Shown in pieces: positions 1-14,725 of a stretch of DNA of 64,000 bases. The position numbers and the translations under genes were made by a program. How positions within the stretch are numbered: the first letter of the stretch is position 1; every line of letters starts with the position of its first letter. Under the pieces are notes generated by a model. It made no database searches. It was given only the letters and a program-made list of their open reading frames with translations, and was not told the origin of the DNA. Origin of the DNA: Octopus vulgaris (lineage: Eukaryota); contig OX597827.1 of NCBI GenBank assembly GCA_951406725.2, positions 37,572,001-37,636,000 of the forward strand, given 5' to 3'.

Positions 1-30
1 CCAAATTACGCTTACAATCCACTTGATGAT

Positions 31-207
31 CTTTACAGTTTCCGTCAAGTCAGTTTCACTCACAAGGTATAGGACAACACGACACAATAGAAAATGGCAT
101 TTGCCCAAGATACCACGCAGTGGGATCGAACCCAAGACCTCGAGGTTGCGAAGTAGATTTCTTAGACATTTTGTCGTACTGCAACTACGATTCTGACAAT
201 ATACACA
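31..207 (-). mobile_element. SINE family A (tRNA-derived, octopus-type), 5' part
   Basis: Reverse complement reads gggttcgatcccactgcgtggtatcttgggcaaatgcc...gacggaaactg, a B-box-like motif plus the body shared by about 20 copies in the window. Confidence 0.6.
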
Positions 208-338
208 CCACATACGCGCTCTCGCGCTCACACGTGCACATACTTGCGCGGCGCGCACGCACACATACACTCACGTATTTGTTATCCCATTTCAATGAAT
301 AAACATTTTAATGTAATTTACGTTTTTTTTTCATAATA

Positions 339-494
339 TTGGTTTCAAACTTTGGCATAAAGCCAGAGACTTCTGAGGAGGGGTAAGTCAATTACATCGA
401 CGCCAGTGCTCAAGTGGTACTTATTTTATCAACCCCGAAAGAAATAAAAAGGGAAGTCAATCTCGGCGGAATTTGAACTCAGAACGTAAAGACG
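339..494 (-). mobile_element. SINE family B (Meta-domain-like)
   Basis: Reverse complement cgttctgagttcaaattccgccgag...cggggttgataaaataagtacc matches the copies at 5319 and 59976. Confidence 0.7.
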
Positions 495-683
495 AACGTT
501 CCGAATTCAAATTCCCGACTCACTTCTATCTGCTCCCGGCGCATTAGTTTCCCCTCCCATCTTCAATCATATTCTATTCTTCCGCCTCCTTATCCACTAC
601 ATCCACTCCATATTTGCCAGAATATTGCCGACCACCAAAAATTACTCACTTTATGAATATGCTCTTAAATATGAATAAACAAC

Positions 684-1073
684 TTAAGAACTATTGTTAT
701 ATTTCGGGATGGTCATCACTCATTTGTGGCCTCCTCGGCGACTCTTCCATCCACGTGTTTCCTCCCTAGTTGCGGTGTAAATTTCTTAGCCATTTGGTCA
801 TACTGCAGCTACCATTCTGACAATATACACAGGAGGAAACACGTGGATGGGAGAGTTTCTGAAGAGGTTGCAGATGTGTGACGAAAGATTTCCTGACAAT
901 GGACATAAGATAAAATATGAACAATAATAAACGAGTGAAGAACGAATATATAGTGCGTGTGTTTATTTGGTAAGACAAAAAATGACTATCCCGAAATATA
1001 GCAACATGTTTCAGCACTCGATTTCACATAAACAATCTTGCAAAATAAATTCATAAATGTATTAAGAACTATT
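684..1073. mobile_element. Fold-back non-autonomous DNA element (possibly Crypton-like)
   Basis: Inner inverted repeat 741-765/832-856; outer inverted repeat ~693-716/982-1006 (tatttcgggatggtcat/atgactatcccgaaata); direct repeat ttaagaactatt at 684 and 1062. Confidence 0.5.
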
Positions 1074-1144
1074 TTCTGGGAATATCCTTATTTTCTGGGC
1101 ATCTGCTTCGTTTTTCGTTTTATTTTCAAAATACTGTATTAATT

Positions 1145-1292
1145 TGCAGGCGTGGCTGTTTAGCAAGAAGCTTGATCCTCAACTACATGGTTCCGGGTTC
1201 AGTCCCACTGTATGGCGCCTTGGGCAAGTGTCTTCAACTACAGGCTCAGTTCTACAATAGCTTTGTAGACGGAAAATAAAAGAAGCCCGTCA
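1145..1292 (+). mobile_element. SINE family A, 5' part
   Basis: gcaggcgtggctg...catggttccgggttcagtcccactg...cttgggcaagtgtcttc...gacggaaa..aaagaagcccgtc. Confidence 0.75.
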
Positions 1293-1687
1293 TATATATA
1301 TGTGTGCGAGTGGGGATGTGTGCGTGTGGGGGTGCGTGTGTTTGTGTGTTTGTGAGTGTGCGCGCGCGCGTATCTGTGTTTAGGTTTGTCTCACCACTAG
1401 ATAATGTGAGTGTATAGGGACAAAATTATTTAGATGGATCCCGTGGTAGCTTTCAGGTATATACCAGGTTACGGAAAACCGCATCAAGTTGTAATGAGCA
1501 TCAATGATCGCTTAGTATTAGCAATCCCACTGTAATTCTTTTGATAGGTAACTCCGAGGTTGCTTCCATGGATTAAGAATATTATCAGGAGTGTAGATCT
1601 CAGACACTTATAATGAATACGGGGATATGTACATGAACAATTTTTTTCTTTTTATTTTACAGTTGGTCATATAGCATAATTATTTGG

Positions 1688-1751
<64 letters not shown>

Positions 1752-1992
1752 ACACATACACACACATGCATATACACATGTATATATATATATATATACA
1801 TATATATCTTTTATCTTTTACTTGTTTCAGTCATTAGACTGCAGCCATGCTGGGGCACCGCTTGAAATATATAATTATTACTATAAGAAAAAGGAGAAAA
1901 ATATTGTGAATACTTATTTTATTTGTATCACAACATGAACATAGCAAATAGTTTAATACAAATAAAATTTAAATGAACATACATTCTAAAAA

Positions 1993-2288
1993 GGAGCACT
2001 CCGTTGGTTACTACGACGAGGGTCGCAGCTGATAGGATCAACGGAACAGCTTGCTTGTGAAATTAACGTACAAGTGAGTGAGCAATCCACAGACACGTGT
2101 ACCCTTTCTCAGGGAAATTCAGCGTGACACAGTGTGACAAGGCTGGCTCTTTGAAATACAGGTACAACTCATTTTTGCCAGCTGATTGGACTGGAGCAAC
2201 GTGAAATAAAGTGTCTTGCTCAAGGACACAACTCACGACCGTAAGATCGTGAGCCGAATGCCCTAACCACTAAGCCATGCGCCTTCAC
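1993..2288 (-). mobile_element. SINE family C (tRNA head plus CORE/V-like domain)
   Basis: Reverse complement gtgaaggcgcatggcttagtggttagggc (A-box) ...gtgtccttgagcaagacacttt...; homologous copy at 51235-51628. Confidence 0.75.
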
Positions 2289-3064
2289 GAACATACATTA
2301 ACATAAAATAAAATACAACATGCCTACACATGTTTCTATCTGGTAACTATGTAAAAAGTGCTTCGGAATATTCGAAACATGTTAATAGTTTTAGATGTAC
2401 AAAATATCAACAAAGTGTCCAGTTTCTCATTCAAAAGGCTAATGCTTACATATTTTTCTCTCAGGAATACAAGTTGGTGGTAAAGAGCTTCCTAGATAAA
2501 ATGTATGAGGACTACATATTCATATGTTGAGTATCTATGTAATGTAAACATTATCTTAAGGGTAAGATATTGTGAAGACGTTAACGTTTTCGCAATATCT
2601 TACATTATGTCTCTCAAAATCCTTAAACATCTATATATTCTCTTAAATTGTTGTATGATGTGCATCTAAACACATAACCGTCTTTTTTAAAAATCCCTAA
2701 TAGGTTTTTAGAAAGTTTTGATAAGCTAATACCTCCCACTATTACTCCATCGGCATCCCCTCTTACTTTTCTAACTAACTAATTCTTACATAAGTATCCA
2801 CAATATTTTTCTCCTTTTTCTTGTAGTAATAATTGTATATTAGACTGTTTAACCCTATATATTGAGAGAATTCTCCCAATATATCACTGATAACACCAGT
2901 TGATCTCTGGATTTTATAATTCCTAAAGAGGACATTATATCCTAACTGACTGTATATATATATATATATATATAGTGTAATAAATAAAATATATGCATAC
3001 ATACAAACATATATGTACGTACCGACATCTACATGTATATATACATGCATATATAAATATATAT

Positions 3065-3330
3065 ACGTACAGGACACCACAAGAAGACGTAAAAATCAAC
3101 AGAAACGAAAACGGAAAAGCCATTTTGTTACAACAGAAGGACAGAGACGTGGAACAAGACGGAAACGAAAACGGGAAAAACATTATGTACAGCAGAAAAA
3201 CGAAGTACAGGACATGCTGCACAAGGAAAAATCCCCTTCATCAGCTGTCGCAAGCAGACATAGCGTGTTTCGAAGGCAAGACAGGATACGAGAGAATTAA
3301 AATAAAATAACCTCGTAGAGGGGTAAAACG
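3065..3330 (-). mobile_element. Penelope-like pseudo-LTR fragment
   Basis: Minus strand carries cgaaac...ctgatgaaggg followed by a T-rich tail abutting (TA)n; similar pieces at 10010-10200, 12680-12760 and 49290-49420. Confidence 0.4.
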
Positions 3331-3632
3331 AGCAAGAAAAAATGTAACACAAAAAGGGACGTAACAAAGAACTGCACAAAAAAATACAACAAAAAAATAC
3401 AAAATTAAAGATACATGTACTGCGGAAATTCATAGGTTTTTTAATGAAACACATCTACATCCCACGGGATCATTAGGTAGTACTTTTTCATATTCATCTG
3501 ATATTACAAAAGATTACTCTAAATAGTTACGAGTTTGAATCTTTTTTCCATAGCTCCATTTTAGTGTAGGTACTTCTTCAGGCATTGTATTTACCTTTCT
3601 GCCAGCTAGAAGACATTCACTATATATATATA

Positions 3633-4478
3633 CGGGGTCTGATTAATAAGTATCCGGACTGTTATCATAGTAACGAAGCTAAAGCATGCAGAGTGAAGCC
3701 GCTTGGCACAGATGGACTTTGAACTCTGCTATGTATGTGCACTAAGTTTTAAAGTTCTAGCTCGCTTCCGCTGTTTACCACAGTGCCTGGAAGGAAGGTG
3801 CGTAGTGTGTGATCGTCGCATTAACCATGACAGAGAGAGTTGTCATGGCGATACCTGCTCAGAGGCCCACGCAAAGTTGCAGAAAGTGTATAGAGAGGGG
3901 TGTAGGAGCCGCACACAAGTGTTCGATATTGACGAACGTTCTGAGAGACACGCAACCAACAGAACTGAGAAAAACATCGTAGATAAGCGAGAAGCTGTGA
4001 GGGGAAATCGTTGCATCACCATCCTTGAGTTATTAGAGTATGTGCAAATTAGTTACGATTCAGTTCAGTCCATTATTACTGAAGATTTGGATATGAGAGT
4101 CTGCCAAGTTTGAGCCGAAACATCCTTCAGCTGACCAAAAGACACACGGGTTTCGGTTGCACAAGGTCTTGATTGTGTCGAGAACGATGAAAACTTTTGT
4201 AAAACTTTGCGTAGGGCTCTGAACAGGTATCGCCAAGCTTTTAGCAAAATCTGATGCAGATTCGCTGCTCAACTTTCTTTGTTATAGTTAATGCGACAAT
4301 CACACGCTACACACCTTCCTTCCAAGCACGGCTGTAAACAGCGAAAGTTAGCCAGAACGTTAAAACGTAGTGCGCATACACAGCAGAGTTGAAGGTCAAT
4401 CTGTACCAAGCAGCTTTATTCTACGTGCTTTAGCTTCGTTACTATGGCAACAGTCCGGATATTTATTTGTCAGACCAC

Positions 4479-4479
<1 letters not shown>
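3633..4479 (+). mobile_element. Mariner-derived fold-back element (both arms derive from the 5' end)
   Basis: TA-flanked termini cggggtctgattaataagtatccggactgtt / aacagtccggatatttatttgtcagaccacg; arms about 250-280 bp; decayed mariner HTH region (SRTQVF..DERS..NR.ITI.E...IS..SVQSIITEDL.MR). Confidence 0.85.
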
Positions 4480-4550
<71 letters not shown>

Positions 4551-4551
4551 T

Positions 4552-4605
<54 letters not shown>

Positions 4606-5170
4606 AGTACGTATATATAGTCACACACAAGTACACACATACACCTCAGGTAAATTTTAAAATGTGTAATATCATTTTTTATGACAGTTTGTATAAGTTT
4701 CGTGCTTAAATAGAAGAAAGCAACTACATCCAAATACACATATTTATACATGCATGTGTGTGTGTGTGTGTGTGTGTCTTTGTGAATACAAATATTTGCA
4801 TATACCTGTATATACACAAATGTTTGTGTATACATATTGTATATATCTAATTACGAACACATAAACATGTATGCATAAATATGCATACATGTTTATGTAT
4901 CATACACATGTATGTCTATATACTTTATTCACATATAGAGAGAGAAGAAGAATGGGAGAGGCACAGAGAGAGATACATATGTGCATGTTCACTTATACTT
5001 AGACTAACGTGTTTATCTATATAATATGGACAACATTTTAAACTTTCAGGAAACATTTTTCCTAAAGTTTTTTTTTTTTTATGGCATTTAGATTAACAAT
5101 TTAGATTAATGTAATGGCATTGAATTAGCCGACTTATCCCCAAATTTCTGGTATTGTGTCTTTGTTACAA

Positions 5171-5318
<148 letters not shown>

Positions 5319-5530
5319 GGGCGGCGAGTTTGCAGGATAGTTAGCTCGCTGAGCGAAATGCTTAGCGGTATTTCGTCTGCCGTTACGTTCTGAGTCCAAA
5401 TTCCGCCGAGGTCGACTTTGCCTTTCATCCTTTCGGGGTCGATCAAATAAGTACCAGTTAAACACTGGGGTCCATGTAATCGACTTAATCTCCTCTCCCA
5501 AGCTGCCGTTGTGGCAAAAATTTGAAATCA

Positions 5531-5533
<3 letters not shown>
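5319..5533 (+). mobile_element. SINE family B (Meta-domain-like), full length
   Basis: ggcggcgagtttgcaggatagttagc...gagtccaaattccgccgaggtcgactttgcctttcatcctttcggggtcgat...; flanked on both sides by (ATT)n. Confidence 0.85.
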
Positions 5534-5571
<38 letters not shown>

Positions 5572-5603
5572 GTGTGTGCGTGTATGTGTGAGTGTATAAT
5601 ATA

Positions 5604-6480
<877 letters not shown>

Positions 6481-6572
6481 TGTATATAATGCATATACAT
6501 CTTTTATTCTTTTACATGTTTGACTGCTACCATGCTGGAGCACCGCCTGAAGAATTATGTATGTGAATCATA

Positions 6573-6627
<55 letters not shown>

Positions 6628-6776
6628 TTGTGTGTTTCCATGGCTTATAATCTTCGTATGTTTTTCTGTGGATTGGTTTACGTTTCAGGGTTAAGGTTAA
6701 GTTGAAGAATATTCAAAATTGCTTTCTCTAAATATGTAGATGTATTTTCATGCACACACACACACACACAAACACA

Positions 6777-6847
<71 letters not shown>

Positions 6848-7001
6848 TCACTCACGTATGCACTCATACATATACGTATGCGGGAGTATACACATGTTTA
6901 CATACAGTAGCAGAGACGAACAGATAGAAAAGGAGATTGAGACATAAAGAGAGACATACAGACAGCCAAGTCGACAACACACTCACTCAAACTGACATAC
7001 T

Positions 7002-8361
<1,360 letters not shown>

Positions 8362-8961
8362 AATATGTTTCTCTTTTAAATAGATGAAAAAAAAATCTGA
8401 ATTTAAATTCTTAAAATATGAACGAATGTGTTACTCACGGTGTTTCCATGTAAGATACAATAAAACAATCAGTGATCCAGACTAGAATATAAACTTTTTG
8501 AAATGGTAAATGTCACGACAGAGTATCTTTCCTCCAGGACAGAACACAGTAAAATACTAGAATGACCATCAAACGCTCCATTCATGAAATGTATTCACAA
8601 TACACAAGTAATATGTACCACATATGTTGTCTCGCTGTTGGCGTCTGTTTACATGTGTTTATGAGAAAAATGAGAGAGCGACAAAGAGTGAGAGAGTGAA
8701 AGACTGAGTGAGAGAGACTGAGAAGGGGAGAGAGGGAGGCGACGTTCGAAGGAGGCGGGTTTTCTGTGGGCGAGTTTAATGCATGTATGAAAGAGTGTAT
8801 ATGTAGGTGTGTATGTGTGTGTACTCCCGAGCTGTCTATGTATATATCAATATACATATATTTATATAAACTTTACATCATTTATGTGTGTGTGAGAAAT
8901 TAGAGTGAAAAAGTTATGTATGCGATAGTGCGTATGTATATGTGCGTGTGTGAATGTATGC

Positions 8962-9024
<63 letters not shown>

Positions 9025-9037
9025 CATATATATATAT

Positions 9038-9136
<99 letters not shown>

Positions 9137-9149
9137 AATATATACATAC

Positions 9150-9202
<53 letters not shown>

Positions 9203-9203
<1 letters not shown>

Positions 9204-9800
9204 TTTTATTCTACTTGTTTACGTCGACATAAGCACACCAACATCGCTTGTCAAACGATGGTGGGGAGGGACAAACATACACACCCACACATGACGAGAT
9301 TCTTTCAGTTTCCGTCTACCAAATCCACTCAAAAGAGTTTGGTCGACCCGAGGCTATAGTAGAAGTCACTTGCTAAGGTGCCACGCAGTGGGACTGAACC
9401 CAGAACCATGTGATTGAGAAGTAGCTTCTTGCCACACAGCCACGCCTTGTTTTGGATTTATGTGCTTACTCGTGTGTATGTGTGTGTGAGTGTGTGTGTG
9501 CGTGTGTGTATGTGTGTGTGTTTATGTGTGTGTGTATTGTTGTCTTTGGGAAGATTAATTTCGTCTTAATGCCTTATTATCTAACACACTCACCGGTTCG
9601 ATTTCCATTCATTTATTATATATATATATATATTATTTTACACTTTTACTTGTTTCAGTCATTTGACTGCGGCCATGCTGGAGCACGGTCTTTTAGTCGA
9701 ACCGCAGGACTTATTCTTTATAAGCCTAGAACTTATTCTATAAGTCTCTTTTGCCGAACCGCTAGATGATCGGTTGTCAAACGGTGGTGGGGGAACAAAC
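9203..9800 (-). mobile_element. SINE family A fragments (9203-9447 and 9645-9800)
   Basis: cagtttccgtctaccaaatccactc...gtgccacgcagtgggactgaaccc; cttgtttcagtcatttgactgcggccatgctggagcac. Confidence 0.7.
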
Positions 9801-9816
9801 ACAGACATACGAACAT

Positions 9817-9855
<39 letters not shown>

Positions 9856-9920
9856 ATAATATAAATAATATATATTTATATGCATATATACATATGTATA
9901 TGTACATACCTACATCTATA

Positions 9921-9996
<76 letters not shown>

Positions 9997-10386
9997 TATG
10001 TGGACACAGTACGTCACGAAACGTGTACAACAAAAAAGTACGAAGCACGAGTACATGGAACCTGAACTATTCTTTCGAATAACGAAAGACACAAATGGAA
10101 AACAAAACAAACAACATAAAGAAAGACCCTTCATCAGTTGTTGGCTGTTTTTCTAGTTTCGTATTTCCAGCATTTAATAACAATATACGCCTTCGATAAA
10201 GCAGTTGCTTCCGCAAAGCAAATTAAATAAAATTTGGGATTTTGCGGAGGGTCAAAATTGGTAACACAAACAGTACAGTAAAAACAAGCAGAGAAGGGCT
10301 GCTAAGCCTAAACGAGGTTGTGGTGGGAAACGTGTAAATCAAGCTAGGACAGAAGACAAACAAGAACACATCTTCCTTGTTCCAAC

Positions 10387-10525
10387 TTCTTTCAGTTTCC
10401 GTCTACCAAATCCATTCACAAGCCATTGGTCGGCCCGAGGCTATAGTAGGTGCCACGCCGTGGCACTGAACCTGGGATCTTGTGATTGATAAGCAATTTA
10501 TTTAGCACACAGTCACTCCTGTGCC
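10387..10525 (-). mobile_element. SINE family A, 5' part
   Basis: cttctttcagtttccgtctaccaaatcc...cacacagtcactcctgtgcc. Confidence 0.7.
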
Positions 10526-10555
10526 TATATATACTTTTTTTCTTCCAAAATTTTA

Positions 10556-10706
10556 GTTGTGTGTTACGAAGCTCGTTTCCTAACCACATGGTTCGGGGTT
10601 CTGTCCTACTGCGTGGTACCTTGGGCAAGTGTTTTCAACTGTAGCCTCACCCCGACCAAAGCCTTGTGAGTGGATTTGGTAGACGGAAACTGAAAGAAGC
10701 CCGTCG

Positions 10707-10766
<60 letters not shown>

Positions 10767-10955
10767 TGTTTGTCCACCCCACTGACACTTGACAACCGGT
10801 GTTGGTGTGTTTACGTTGCCGTTACGTAACGGTTCCGCAAAAGCGAAAGAGAGATAGAATAAGTACCAGGCTTTAAAAAATAAGTGCTAGGGTCGATTCA
10901 TTCGACTAAAAATTCATGGCGTGGCCGCAGTCTAATGACTAAAACAAGTAAAAGA
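10556..10955 (+). mobile_element. SINE family A, near full length
   Basis: Head, internal (TA)n(TG)n, and 3' tail ...gccgcagtctaatgactaaaacaagtaaaaga. Confidence 0.85.
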
Positions 10956-10976
10956 TAATCGATAAAAGATACACGC

Positions 10977-11011
<35 letters not shown>

Positions 11012-11049
11012 CATATATATACGTATACACACACAAGCATACATATATA

Positions 11050-11460
11050 TGGCTGTGTGACTGTATGACTGTATGGTAAGAAGTTAGCTTTCCAACCACA
11101 TGATTCCGGTTTTAGTCCCACTACATGGCAACTTTGGAAAGTGTCGTCTATAGCCTCGGTCTGACCAAAAGCCTTGTGAGTGGATTTGGTAGACAGCAAT
11201 TGAAAGAAGCCTGTCGTTTATATATAACTATGTCTATGTGTTTTGGGGTCTGTGTTTGTCCTCCCGCCCCATCACTGCTTGGCAACCGCAGTTGATGTGT
11301 TTACATCCCCGGAACTAGCGGTTCGGCAAAGAGTCCGATAAAATAAGTACTATGCTTAAAAAGTAAGTCTGAGGGCTGATTTGTTTGACTAAAATCTTTC
11401 AAGGCGGTGCTCCAGCATGGTCGCAGTCAAATGACAGAAACATGTAAAAGAGTAAAAGAA
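11050..11460 (+). mobile_element. SINE family A, near full length
   Basis: Colinear with other copies from tggctgtgtg to gtaaaagagtaaaaga. Confidence 0.85.
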
Positions 11461-11516
11461 TATATATATTCGCATTTATCTCTATATAAAATATGTTTGT
11501 ATTATTGTAAATATAC

Positions 11517-11551
<35 letters not shown>

Positions 11552-11589
11552 TGTGTGTGCGTGTATGTTGTATGTATGTATGTACGTAC

Positions 11590-11620
<31 letters not shown>

Positions 11621-11844
11621 TGTATGTATGTATGTATGTATGTATGTATGTATGTATGTATGTATGTATGCACAGGTATAATTGAATGCGTCCCGATTTA
11701 ATAATTCGTTGTCTTGATAAATAAAAGGTAAAGTACTCGATATCTAGGGTTTAGAGCTAGGATAATTCAATGGCAAAATCCTTTACGAAGAGCTTATTTT
11801 TTTCATAAAAGCATCATAGAAATACATAAATACACAAGTACCTC

Positions 11845-12358
11845 AGAAGTTTTCTTCCCAATCAGTTCCGGGTTCAGTCCTACTACGAGGCACCTTGGGC
11901 AAGTATCTTCTAGTGTAGCTTCAGTCCGACCAAAGCTTTGTGAGTGGATTTGTTAGACGGAAACTGAAAGAAACCCATCGTTTATGTATGTGTATATATA
12001 TATATATATATATATAGATAAGGTATGTAGAAAAATACAACATGGACAAGAACGTATAACTCCCAGAAGACGACACAATAAACACGGACAGGACATTCGA
12101 AACCCTCAGTCTTCAGTCAAGAACCGGATCATCATATATATATATTGTGTGTGTGTTTGCGTTTATCACCCACCACTACTTGACAACCGGTGTTGGTTTG
12201 TTTGCGTCCTCGTAACTTAGCTGTTCGACAAAGAACACCGATTGATTAAGGACCAGACTTTAAAGAGAAAAAGTACTGGCGTCGATTAATTCAACTATAT
12301 ATTCTTCGAGGTGGTGCCCTAGCATGGCCGCAATCTAATGACCGAAACAAATTAAAGA

Positions 12359-12360
<2 letters not shown>
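11845..12360 (+). mobile_element. SINE family A with a ~115 bp insert (about 12017-12135) inside its internal TA tract
   Basis: 5' half at 11845-11983 and 3' half at 12150-12360, separated by a TA-flanked unrelated fragment. Confidence 0.7.
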
Positions 12361-12432
<72 letters not shown>

Positions 12433-12853
12433 GCCAACGGGTTTTAGGAAGAAACGCTGCAAAGCTAAGTGCTTTATGGACGTGAAACCCAGAGTAACTC
12501 CATAGACCGGCCATATCATTCTTTATCTATATATACATGCATGTGTGTGTATGTGTTATACAAACATACCGTACATATTATATACATATAATATTTAGAC
12601 AATATACATATATATAATGTACATATTTACATATGATACAAACAAGATTAATATATATTTACACCTTCAACGTTAAAGGTGCGAAACGGAATATTACCAG
12701 TTGGTCGATAACTGATGAAGAATTACGGACCTTCTGTGTTTGTCTTCCGTTCGTTTTTACATTCAGTATACTTTATGTCATTTGTTTATACATTTTTTTC
12801 ATTTATTAAGTAAAGGAACGCAACATACACCAAATTTGTATGAAGTTTTTATA

Positions 12854-12887
<34 letters not shown>

Positions 12888-13184
12888 CATACATACATAC
12901 ATACATACATACATACATACATACATACACATGATGAGGTATGTTAGTGTGTGAGTATGTGGTAGAAATGGGGAGTGAGAGTTTCTGGTAGATATAGAAG
13001 TGGGGATGGTGGAGGAGGAGGTAGAGGAGGAAGAGGAGAAGCTGGTGGGGTGGTATAAAAGAGGATGGTATAAAAAAAGAAACAAGCGACTGGCATACAG
13101 ACAGACAGACAGACCTTAATCAGTCAGACTGTCAAGTAGGTTAATCTATATTGCCTTCTTCAACACTCCCACAACCACAGCTCT

Positions 13185-13643
13185 TACAATTATCACCACC
13201 ACCACCACCCACCACTGCTGCTACCAACATCACCTCTACCACCACCACCATCATCATCAACAACACAACAACCATCATCACCACCACCACCATCACCACC
13301 AGTACCACTACCTCTACCACCACCACCACAACCACCTCACACCAACATATGCCCCTACCACCACATCTACCATCTTCACCGTCACCAACAATACCAACGC
13401 CAAAAACACAACATCGCAAACAAACCCAATAACCTTCATACCCGGCCACTATCCCATCGAGTTACACCAACCAGCACCACTACTAACAGCAAAACAAACA
13501 TCACTACATCCTAAACAACTACAACGTCAACCACTGCCACGACCAACACCACAACTTCAACAAATACCGCAACCACAACCACAGCTACCACCACCTGCAC
13601 CCATTATTACCATCACCGTACCATCATTACCATCATCACCACT
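13185..13643. repeat. Degenerate (ACC/CAC/ACA)n low-complexity tract
   Basis: Cryptic trinucleotide simplicity. Confidence 0.85.
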
Positions 13644-14394
13644 ATTGGTCAATGTAGTCCTACAACAGTGGTTCTCAACCATTTTTTTACCCGTGGAGCC
13701 CTTACATTTGCAGTCCCCAATCTTTTCTAGGCTTCCACCCCGTTGGCACCCAGGTCACATTCCTAGCCCGTCACATATACACAAATACTTGTATATACAT
13801 TACACCCATACACATACAGATCTATACACGCAAGCAAACATAAACACACATGCACAAATACGTATACATTAATTTCATAAAGATTCAGATATGTGGAGGG
13901 GTGTTTTTTCTTTCGTTTTCTAGCTTCCTTTTTTCTATCGTGCAATGGAAAGGTGGAAAAAGAAAAAGTGTCTGTGCAGAAGGCGGAACAAGAAGAATGA
14001 ATCATAAAAAGAGGTGGATTAGGGAGATGACAGATGAGAGATTGAAAGAAAGGGAAGGAGAGAACATCGGATAGTCAGGAGGCAGCACTAAAAATGGTGT
14101 CGAGATGTGCAACCAGGCAAGTTGACAGTTAAAAATAGGTAGAGTTGAAAGTGTAAGAGAAAAAGATACAACTCATGTAAAATGGGTATGTTGGGAAGAT
14201 GTCTCTATAATAGATTGGGAAATTAGAGAGGTAACGTGATGAAATAACGGACAAACAAATATTGAGTGAATAAGGACAATGGTAAAAGAAAGGGAGCTGA
14301 AGAAGAACAAAAATTTCGATATGATATCAAAGTATGGGAGGGAAACGTTGGTAATGGAGGAGGTGGAGACAGCTTTTAGCGGAGAGAAAACAGA

Positions 14395-14725
<331 letters not shown>

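Noticed and set aside
13151-13432. Thr/Pro-rich mucin-like ORF
   Set aside because: Translation of degenerate (ACC)n with a TTG start, and no splice or domain support.
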